The notes under the pieces were generated by a model that worked only from the letters and a program-made list of their open reading frames with translations, was not told the DNA's origin and searched no databases. 64,000 nucleotides of DNA from Lytechinus pictus (Eukaryota), in the NCBI RefSeq assembly GCF_037042905.1, contig NC_087246.1, positions 806,001 to 870,000 of the forward strand, given 5' to 3'. Of this stretch, positions 41,101 through 53,100 are shown in pieces. Both the position numbers and the translations under genes were made by a program. Position 1 is the stretch's first letter. Each line of letters starts with the position of its first letter.

Positions 41101-44100
41101 TTCTGAGTACGATACATTTGTTTGTGAATCTCCAGTTTAGTGGACCTTGCTCTCCTTTCTAATTGTCTACGAAGGAGTTTTGCTTTTGCTATTTCTTGAT
41201 TGTACCATTCAGTATTAGGGTGAATTGTTACAATGAGCTGCTTCTTAGGTGCCAGCTTATCAAGTGCAGAAGTAAGTAAAGAATTATACAAATTCACCTT
41301 TTCATCAACACTTTTGGCACAAGAATGTGTTAATATGAGCGAATTAAAATGAGTGTCATTTGCAAACTCTTTTGGATCTAGAGATTTAAGGTTACGTGTA
41401 GTAACAAGCTTTTTATTGGAAGATCGTTTGGGAATGTTGAATTCACACATTAATACTGAATGGTCAGATATACCTTCCTTTACATGAATCTTAAGTAGTT
41501 GAACAGTATTACACTTTTGAGTAATGAGTAAATCTAATACATGACCACGATTATGGGTGGGCTCATTTATGTGTTGGGTCAAATTGTAGGCAGATAATAA
41601 CTCAGAGAAGGAATTAGATGTGGGAGTTGAAGAATCCATGGGTATGTTGAAATCTCCTGTGATGATTAAGTCAGAAGTCTGGAGAAGGTGTCTATCAAGA
41701 AGATTGGAAAATTCATCGAAGAACGTCTGGAGCTGTCTCTGACCTGGTGGACGATACACAGCGATCAATCGCAGTGACTTCTGTTCATGGTTCAGTGTCA
41801 TCTGAATCATCTCAAATGAGGTTATATCTGGGTTATCGACGATTCTGACATCAAGATGACTTCTGAAAAGCACAGCTACTCCTCCCCCTCTTCTACCTAC
41901 TCGGGGGACATGCTTGAAAGTGAAACCATGAGGTGTCAGCTGGCCAATCGGAGAGGCGTCATCAGGTGATAGCCAGGTTTCACAGACAGCAATAATGTCT
42001 AAGTTGTGTTCAATGATGTAATCAGCGAGTTCAGCAGTTTTATTCTTTACTGACCTAGCATTCAACATAGCAAATTTTATGTTCTTACTCAAAAAGTCAT
42101 TGTTCAGGTGCATGTTTTTCTCTGCTTTCTCTCTCGTCTGTTTACCTGCTCTCTTTCCTCTATGAGTCTTCTTCACTCTATTGATATGTAGTGTCGTGAT
42201 TTGTTTCCATGTTGCTTCACTGACCCGAAGATTCTTGAACCTTGAGTGGACATTGTATGGGTTAAGCTCTAACAATTTTGGAGTACTATACAGATATTTT
42301 GTGTTAACACTTCTACATATAGGCCTATACAGCTTATTCTCTGCTTTGACATTGACCTGGCCATCATTATCTGGGCCCGGGTTACTCTCAACATCCCCAC
42401 TAATTAGCAATGTAACATTAAAAGTAGGGATTGCATTGTTATAGTACAAAATACGTGCATTTGAGTAGCCTTTTACCTTTACAAGCATTTGTTTCCAAAC
42501 ATTAATACATGGTAAACTACAAGTACGAATACATGAAGTTGTACAATGGTAGTTTGAGAACATGAGAAGAGTCAGCATTAGACTCACAATAAAGAAAGGT
42601 CTCATTCCTTCCATTGTACTGAACCTGACAACTATAAGCAGCAGGCCTAGACAATAGTATTAAAAGCTTAAAGGTAGCTTATACAGACCATGTAAGCACT
42701 TCACAGTAAGAAAGATCAACTCAAACCAGTAGACAGTTGAGTGCACAGATGCTGTACGTGAAGGACTATCAGTATGGAGACTGTGCACTAAAATAGCATA
42801 GAGAAGATATAAAAATCTAAATCCAATATAGCTGAAATACATCAAAAATTTAGAATTATACAACACAAAATTGGTCCAGGAGATTCACAAAGTATATGAG
42901 ATATAGCTGATGTAAAAATAGAAGACTGAAAAATTAAAACAGCACTAGAAATAGCAAAACTATAGAGAACTGAGTGGAAGGCAGCCACGCAGGGCGCTCA
43001 CTCAGAATATATATCTATAATTATGACGCATTGTTATTAAGCCTTATTTGGTGGGAAGTGAGGTGGGACCCATTTATAAAATATTTAATACTATCATCAA
43101 AGCACTTGTGATGCTTGGCATGCAAAAAGGTTCTAGGTGGAGTGCAAGACGACCCTTTGCCTCCCCCCACCCTCCCCCCCCCCCTGGCACCTAACATCTC
43201 ATGAGATCACCTCTTATGTTAGCAATAAGCGTATTCAGACCATCTCGAAGTTCGTCAGTTACAGGTATTTCTGATCAGGAAATTTGCTCTGATCTACCCG
43301 ATCAGGAAATACCAGGTTATTTTGGCAGTGTGAAAGACAAATAACGCATAATATCCCGAAAGAAAATACCTGCTAAATAGAAGGTACTTGACAAAATTAC
43401 GATAACTTTTCGCGGGGATTTTTCCAAGGTCGCCTGTGTTTTGGCAGTGTGAAAGCAAATTATGGGAACTTTCTTAGCCTAGTGTGTAGTTGGGCACGGG
43501 CGCCGTGGGTGGCTGCTGAGCTAGCGATTTTGATTCTCGCACCTTGCACCTAGTGCGCATGATTGTAACTTCAAGAACTTACCCGGAAAGGGTCTTCTTT
43601 GGGTCAGTATGAAGGCAGGAAAAAAAATTATCAGGTATTCTTAGGCCTGAACAACTTCTTGTAATTCATGAGATACACTGGTGATCGAGGCTGTCTGAAT
43701 ACACCTTATGATATATGCTATGTGCAAAACTGAAACGCAGCCAACAATTGGTTATTGATTAGGACTGTGTACATGTGTTAGTAATTATTAAAATCTATTA
43801 ATGGAAAATGGAAAGGGGACCTCTGTATTAGTATACGAGTCATGTGATTCCAATGATTTAGGTTTTATTTAATTGTTCATTAGGAAATACTGACTAGAAC
43901 CGTAATAAAAGCTGATTGATTCAGCATATGGTGTTCATCTATAATGAGGCTTGTTTTTCTGTTTTTTGGTTTCTTAAAGGACAAGTCCACCCAAACAAAA
44001 AGTTGATTTGAATTAAAAGAGAAAAATCCAACGAGCATAACACAGAAAATTTCATCAAAATCGGATGGAAAATAAGAAAGTTATGACATTTTGAAGTTTC

Positions 44101-47100
44101 GCTTAATTTCACATAATAGTTATATGCACATCCTGGTCAGTATGCAAATGAGGAGACTGATGACGTCATCCACTCACTATTTCTTTTGTATTTTATTATA
44201 TAAAATAAGGAATATTCTATTTTTCTCCTCATCGTCAAGTGAAAAAACAATTAATTCCTCCTGAACATGTGGAATTAGCATTGTTTAATACTATATGGTT
44301 CAGTCAAGTTGGTCCTTATTGTCAAATCTGTAAAAATGAAATATTGTATAATTCAAACAATAAAAAACAAAAGAAATAGTGAGTGAGTGACATCATCGAC
44401 TCACTCATTTGCATGTCACTGAGTTGTGCATATCACTGTTTTGTGATGCCATAACTTTCTTATTTTACATCCAATTTTGATGAAATTTTCAGCATTGTGC
44501 GGTCCTCTGGTTGCTTGCTTACAAGCATTCATGCTTTCTTAGCAATCAGGTAACAAATCCCAATCAATCAATCAAATATGTTTATGATTACGTAAATGAA
44601 GTTTTATTTTCAGTTTGCACATGTTGCGTATTTTAGTTTCTGGTTGGATAACAAATGTTACAATTTGCTATCTAGATAATTGTTGTAATGATAGATGGAC
44701 ACTTGGACAGAGACTCTACTTTACTATGCCTACGATAGTAATACCTCGGTCACATTTGCCCTACGGCGGCCGTTCAGCCAGTCAAAAACAGCCATTTTAA
44801 CATTATTTGTACCAGTTACATAAAGCTGGTTTTAATAAAAATGAATAAAACGGCTGTTTTGACACGCCAAAATGCCGCCGTAGAGCAAATGTGACTGAAG
44901 TGTAATTCACCTAGGCTTGCATTATATATGAACTCATCAATATGGAAACAGCTATGGTGGATTAAGTTTCACTGCAGGTTAGAATGAAGAGTCTTTATTC
45001 CTATGGAAAACTTATTCCTAACATTCATTAATCCATTACTTTGAAGGTTTGTGATCAATGATGCTTCATATTATTGTGATTAATGAGGTTTCTAATTATG
45101 ATGAACTTTCCATTACAAGTAATTTAGGCCTACAGAGAGCACAGTGAAACTAACTTGGTAATCCCACCATTATCCCTGGAATAACTAGAAGTCAATTGAA
45201 GTTTATAAGGCTCAGAAGGGCATTAATTCATATCATTCTATTCATATTCAACATCCTTTTTCCTCAAAACAAGGCTCTCAATCAAATGCAATCAACTATG
45301 TGTTTTTAGTTCAATATAATTAATATTTTTTGCTTTCTTATTTGTTTTCCTTGACAGTACTAGCTACAGTAGCTTTTGCTTTTCTTCTGCTGCCAATGTG
45401 TCAGTATTTATTGAGGCCCTGCTCTTCAGGAACAAAGTAAGTAAAACAACAACAAAGTTACTTTCTAGCCCTGCTATTCCCAGATCTCCGGGAAGAAGCA
45501 AGAAGGATGAATAACTGTTTCATTCTATAATAGTTCATTTTGTATTTATAATCTAATACTGTATATTTTTAATATGATTTCGAAAATTGTATTGTTTGAA
45601 ATGTTTATAACCCCGGTCGCAAGAACCCTCTTCCATTAATTTAGTTTTTTATTTACATCAGTGTAACTAAATCTTGTCAGAGGAAAAGTTATGGGGATAC
45701 TGATGAGTATGTTGATGATGATGATGATGATGGAAATGGTAGTAATGATGATGATGTTAGATTCTACACAGCAAAATGCTGTTTGAAATTTATACAATGC
45801 TGTTTATTACATGAACCTCCCAGTAGTTGTTTAACAGTTTAAACATGGTCCCTGCTAAGAATGGTTTAAACAACCATGCACCCATGTATTATGAAAGCAA
45901 ATTTCATAATCAAGAACTTTTGGTCTAAAGAAATAAGTATTGCATATCCTTTGGAGGAATGACTATTGGAGAATAATTGGAGTTACATGTAGTTGTTGGA
46001 GTATAGTTACCGGAACTTTATCTGTTTCTGGCAGGTGACTGGTGTGAATATGTGAAATTAATTTGTATTTAGAAACCTGAACAATTTTTTTTGGTGATTT
46101 ACGAGTACCAGTATTGTGATTGGATGAATGTTTTGTCTCTGTAGGGCAGTAGACTTGAATGTGAATATTCCACAATGAAACATCTTTTGGGGGTGATTCA
46201 CTTCAGCCTAAAATCTTCTCTTTTTTTGCTTTCATGTTAATTAGAGAGAGTTACAAAATATGTCTAATATTATAATTATAATAATATAATCTGTCTTGTA
46301 AAGAAGGGGAAATAGTATCTTATATTCACCCAACGAACCCTCCTAACCAATCCTTTGATCAAGTTCAGTTGATAGTTCTTTATACCTCCATGCAGCTGTT
46401 ACACTGGGATAAAGTATCTTAGAAAATAAATTATTCATAGGACTCTTCTCAAATTCAAAGGTCAACAGCAAGATGGAGAAACAAAAAAGCCTTTGGGAAA
46501 ATGGGACTGTTTGTGTGACTAAAACAGAAGCGGTATAGTGGTTTAAATTCATCCATGGTATCTTGCATTTCCTTCCTTGTTGGTTAAAGGGAAAATACAG
46601 TAGGAGTAAATGCCTCCCCCATCCCTAATGATGATTGAAAAATGAATAAAAGAATGAGTCAGTCAATTATATATATTCAAATTAAAAGGTAAATAAATTG
46701 ATGAATCTATGATTCCAACAAAAGTATCGCCAAATCAATACATAAAAGACACATCAAGAAATTTCATTTGAGATTGACATTGATGCATTGTAGACAACTA
46801 CAAGGCAAAGCATGTATTGCATTTCACCTTACCTATTAAATCTAGAGGATTCGATGTAGTATCTCCCTATGACTCAGACTTCCTGATTTACAAATGAAAG
46901 TACAAATTGTCCAAAGGATCTCTTGATTTAAAAGCCAATAGTTAAAATTTGTTATTTCTATTCTGTAAATGTCCCTGTGAAACCAAGAGTGGTTTGAATG
47001 TCGTCTAAATACACACCTTTTCCCTTTGTACATCTTGTATTATCTTGTATGTGGGGGCGTCGTGGTCTAGCGGTTAAGACTCTCTTCTTTCAATCTGAAG

Positions 47101-50100
47101 GACGTGGGTTCGATCCCAAGCCATGGTATGTTTTCCTTCAGCAAGAAATTTACCCCCATTGCGCTGCACTCAACCCAGGTGAGGTAAATGTGTACTGGCA
47201 GGAAGTAATTCCTCAAAAAGCTGTGTGTACTGGCATTGGTAGACTAGCTTATCCGGGGTAATATAGGAGCGCCTTGATCACCTAGCAAGGTGGATACGTG
47301 CGCTATACAAATCCTTTTTTTTTTATTTTTTTATTATTATTATTGTTATTATAATGTATCCATAGAGTAGAATGGGTCTGTGTAATACTAGCAATGTGAA
47401 ATGATATTCTCATCCTTGTAATTCAGTATATTTGCTAGTGTACATATAATGCCTTCCATATGCTTATATTCACCTCCTGTAACTGATTTAATTGGGAAGT
47501 GAAATTATAATATCAATGATTATCTTCTATATTGTTGCGTATATCAATTACATATGAAGTTCTAACAAATGATGTTCCTTGTAAATGCTCCTCGTAGTGT
47601 TACTATTTTTAATTACTTACATTAACTCTTCATTGTTATTGGATTTTCTTTTGACTTGTTTGGGGTTTTTAAGGGGCATCTGAAAGCTCTCTGTAAGATT
47701 TATATTTTATATTTATACCAGGCTTCATGCATTTAGATTTTTTTTCAATTTCCCCCCGAAGAATATAAGGTTTTAGATTGTATCTCTTTCTCTCTCTATG
47801 CTTGTTTCATGATTTTATGTTTTCATTTATCTGAAAAATAAGTAATCAGTAGATTTACTCAAAAGGATATGGTCTTTAATGTGAGATACACTTTGAAAGT
47901 TGAGATTTTTGTTCAGGGGTATTGACCTGTGCTGCAGTCAGGTAGGGAAAAAAGGACAGAATTCTTTGATGGAAATAAAATGACGATAAAAGATTTGAAA
48001 AAGAGGACAACCTGGCCTACAAGCATGAAGATGGCTGACTGTAATTAGAATACAAAATGAGTTCTGAATAATTGAAGATGCTCAACCCCTTTTGTAGAAT
48101 GTGGTTTTCTTTGTGAAAGTCTTCTCGTCATACCTTTAGGAGATGTTTTAGAAGAAATGTTTTGATATGTAACTGAAGACTCCTTATTCTAGGTACTGAG
48201 GCTAGTCTTCATTGCGTATCAATTTTTTAAAATCTGGTAATAATTGAATTATTTCTAAGTAATCGGAGAATCCATCCTCAAAGCAGGTACTCAGGAAATT
48301 ACATTTTACCTTTTTTTTTTTTATAAAGGTACATGTAGGAAGGGGGAAGTTGTTTTATATTGCATGTTTTCAGGGCATTTGGGGAATGAAGAAAATATTG
48401 ATTCAGAGATATACAATGTAACTAGACTACATTGATAATAAACTCTGAATTTATGTATCCATTGATCCTTGATATATCAACTTCATACATGTAGTGCATT
48501 CAAGGAAAGATATTTATTTTAAAAGATACCATTAGATATATTTAGCAAATACTTAAGAATTTGTTTGTTTGCATGAAATGTGTTTGATATAATTTATTTT
48601 TCTTCATTGATTGATTCCTCTTAATGTACCTACTTGAACTGTTTTTTATTACCATAATTATCTCAAAATGCCTTAATAAACCCATGAGACTAACCACATC
48701 TTGAACTTGAAGGAGTTGTTTGTTTTTCCACTGACATGTAAAACCACCCACTTTCCCCTTCTTTATTCTAACTAAAAATAGACTTGTTCTCTATTACAAT
48801 ACAGTTGTGTATGTATCCTATGGCTTCCTTTCTATGAGTAAAAGGGCAAACATTTTATTTGACTTTTTATTATTTTTTTCTGAATAATTTAGATTAAAGG
48901 AGATCTGGATATTAATTTAGAAAACTTCGTTATGATAATAAATTCATTAAAAAAAGTATGTAGTATACATGCATATAATGTGATTAGGGACCATTCATGG
49001 GTTACATTGATTTGACTCATTGTCATGGCTGTATACACAGACATTTTTCTGGGGTCAGGACGCGTACAAATTTTCAATGAAGCTCAAAAGCAAGGAAGAG
49101 AATTGACAGAGCTTCTCATTAGGGAGCTTTTGTATTTCCTAAAGTGAAATTGAAGGATTTCTTGTACACTTCTGGTGAATTTTGTGAAAAATTTCGGGGG
49201 GGGGGGGGGTGTGCTACTCCCCCTGAGGAATAGAATTATATTCCTGTAAATAATAGATGTCTGTGGATTTTGCAAGTAACTTATTTTTGTCTGTGGTATG
49301 ACCTGATATTATTCCAACCTGCAAAGTTGTGAAAATTAAATCATTTTTGCCAGCTAAATTCCTAGTTACAAAACTCTTAATCAAGAGCCACAAAGGAGTA
49401 TATTCCGGATTAATGTTATAACACCTTTCTTGGTCTCAGTCTATGGTCTAGAATTATGTAGAAAGGCCTTTAGTGGCATTTGTTTGAAGTGGCATTAATG
49501 GCCTTTTGTTTGAAAACTCTGACATTAGATTTGATAATCTATGATTATTAGAATATCACATTTCAAAATAATATTCTGACATGTGTCTGTGTGGTTTTAG
49601 GATGTGCAGTTGAACTCTTATCATTTCTTTCTGGTTGTACTTTTCTTTCTTTACATCCTTTAAAATTGTTTATTTAACATTGCTTTATCAGAATTGCTTT
49701 TGTTAGGTTAATTCCATGATTTCTTTTGGTATTCTATTTGAATGAATATCAGAAATAAGTCCATTGTCATCCCTCTGATTCTTTTGTTTTAAATGCTTTG
49801 GTTTGCTTCTTTTGTTTCCAATTGCTGCCAACAAGTTTACTTTATGTACTTTACTATTTTCTTTGGTAAAGGGGAAGGGATGATTCTTATGGTGCAGTCA
49901 TATTTCATCTATGGCAGCCATAAGGCAAATCAAGAACAACATTTTTTGGTACCAGCAACATATCAGTTGTTTGAATAAAAATGAATAACACGGCTGCATG
50001 TTTTTGGCTCGCCATACGGCCGCCATAGGGGAAATGTGACTGCAGCATTACTACAATAGAGGGCTTTATTAAGGTGTACTGTACTCTATTCACAAAACTT

Positions 50101-53100
50101 AATTGTATTTTTGATGTACCCCCACTCCCCCCCCCCCCCCTCCCTGCCCCTTACGCATATACATTAACATAATCTTTCTGCTGGTATATTGAACATGGGA
50201 TACATGTTTTGACATTAATCATTGTGAGTATTCTCACATGATAATAGATATATACTAAATCGCAGGGCAAGCTCAACTTTTCAATAGTAAAAACATAAGT
50301 GAGATTTTCACTTTTTCAGAAATATAAAACACTGAAAATTCATTCAACAGAACAGTGTCCCCCTGTAATATGGTTAAGCAGACTAGATGAAAGATTGTGA
50401 AAGGAACACATTTCAATTTTTTTTCCTCATCTTGATAATAAAAAAAATCTAGCCTAGAATTTGAGGTAAAGGGTTTGTCATTCCATGCCCATCCAGACTC
50501 ATTCTGGTTAAATAGATATAAGGAGAGTGAATCAGAAAACATAAGGAAATGTGCCATTATAGACTTGTTCACAATAAATACTGTAGCCCTGCCTCAATTC
50601 TTCATTCACATGCATTGATGTACATAATACATTTTTGTATAACCTGATGAGATATAAATGTAGATGTACTCTCATCACAGGAATTTCTTAAATTATTCTT
50701 GAATTATTTAAATTAACTCAATCATAATTAGTCCTTTGAGGTTTCAAGAATCACCCGTCAGAATTCAACTTCACCCTTCTTCTTAATTCTTGTATTATTA
50801 ATGTTATTTAGAGAAGTGTATCGATCAGATATTAAGTCTATTAAATGACCCCCAAAGTCACCATTCGAAAGACTTGTTGCATCTTAGTTAGTATCCAGGT
50901 TTGTATTCCCTGTATGTGATATTTCAAGCTGATATGAGTTGATAGACATTAATATCAATAACAGCTGATATGAGTTAATAAATATTATATCAATAAGGTT
51001 TTAATAATTCATGATGTGACTTGGCAGGTCCAAGTGCTTTATTATTACTCAGAGATCAAGATTGGGAGCTCTTCAATACAGTTTATTATTATATCCAAGT
51101 CATACAACATATCACATGCAGGAGTCGTGTTTTATGAAGGAGAGGATTTTACATAATGGAAATTAGGAGCAGTTGATACAAGTTGCCTCAAAATGAGGAT
51201 TGTAGATTTTATCACGAGAGTAAATTTTACAATAAAAAATTTGGTTATTGTGGTATTTCAGCCCCTATCTAACCAAGATTCGAATGAAGAGGTCTCCTGT
51301 ATTACGCCTAAATGTGAATGATTAAAAAAAACGGTGATCTTGTCACTTTAACTGCTTAAAGGTAGCTTTAGGAGATGTTTTTAATTTCCTGTATGGTCTT
51401 TGACTTTGAGATATATTGACATAAGTATTGCATTTAAATGTCAAATAAATTGATGAACATTGTATAATACACTGCACTGTTGACCGATATTAGTAAAACT
51501 GTCTATAAACATTTTCAATAATTAGAATTCTTAATCTTTATTGGAAAAAAATAAAACAATAGTATATGTATTTAGGGTTTTTTGTGTTCCTTGAAAGAGT
51601 TTGTATTGTGGGTCGTGAGCTGGTGCTGCTGATGATGCTTGAAGGAAGACTATCATTGAGATGAAGGATGTAGACTTTCATGACACTACTGTATATCAAG
51701 TTGAGATGAGTGTACATTTGAACATCAGGCAAGCAGAGGAAATAGAATAGGGTCATATCAATAACATGATTAAGGTTTTAGGCAAGATCTACCAAGATGC
51801 TTTCACATCTCCCTCTAATGAAATAACAATTCATATATATGAGAATATAAAAATGTAGCTTTAATTTTAGTAAATCCCCAAAATTTCATGTCACTATTCT
51901 AATTCATTATTGAATTATAAGAATGTCTGTCCCCCAAAATGGTTATGATGTGAAGAATATCTATAAAAAAATGTTTTCTCTTGGATAAATTTACCCAGAT
52001 CTTACATCCAAATTTATTTTTGTTGTATGCCGGTGTATCACTCTGCAACAGGATTTTTTTCAGTGTGTACAGTACTTTGCTTTGAAACCAATTGGAGTGA
52101 AATAACAACATGAGCTTTATTGAGAATTGGGATGTGTGAAAGTTGCTGCTTCTAGAGTGGGAGGATGATAACCTTCCATGTGGTTTGGTCCTTGGTCAAT
52201 GTAAAGTGTTGTTCTTTCCTTGACTACCACTCATAGAAGGTGACATTTGTGCCTTCTTTTCATCCATGAGAAAAACGTGTTATTTATTTTTTAATTTATT
52301 ATCTTATGTTTGAATGCCCCCATCCCCTTCTCTCTCTCTTTCTCTCCCTCCCCATCTCTACATCCTTTTCCTTTTTTCGATCCAATTCCTGCACTATTTA
52401 TCAGTCAAAACATCTTCTTAACTCCTTTTCTCATGACATTGACCTCTATTCACTTCATTGTAGGCCTAGTTTGTTGGTTTTGTGCATGTTCAGTTTATGC
52501 CTTCGTGACCTTTTTTCTGTTCTCCATCCTTGACACACATCAATGATTCAATGTTAATGCTCTAAAACATTCAAACTATTGCTATTCTTGTGTGGATTTA
52601 TTGCCTTGATAGATGTATATGAAAGTGTTGGGAGAAAACTAATTTGAGTTAAGAGAAGTTGAAATTCAGACAGGTAAAAGTGATTGCATGGCTTCAATCA
52701 ATTCATTGTATTCTTCCCTTTCATACAAGGTATCACTATACTCCTTCTAGACTAGACTATTTCCCTCTCTTCTTTTTCAGGTCTTCCTCTTTCTATTTCC
52801 GCTATATATTCAGTCATATCAGTATTAACATTTGTGTCAAGTTTATTATACATTGCATCCCAGAAAAAGGGAACCCATGCTCTTAGTTATAGGTAAATGA
52901 TGTTTGATAGTAAATATACACTCATCATGAAGACCAGTTCTTCTCTAATCATACCTGATATGAAATTAAGGGAGTGTAAACATACTGTATAAAAATTGGT
53001 CAAAATTTATTTAGGATACACCCAACTTGCATAGAAAATGGAGTGCGTATTAGCATTTATTTAGTGTTCTTGGTTAGGTTTCACTGAATCTGTACATGAG

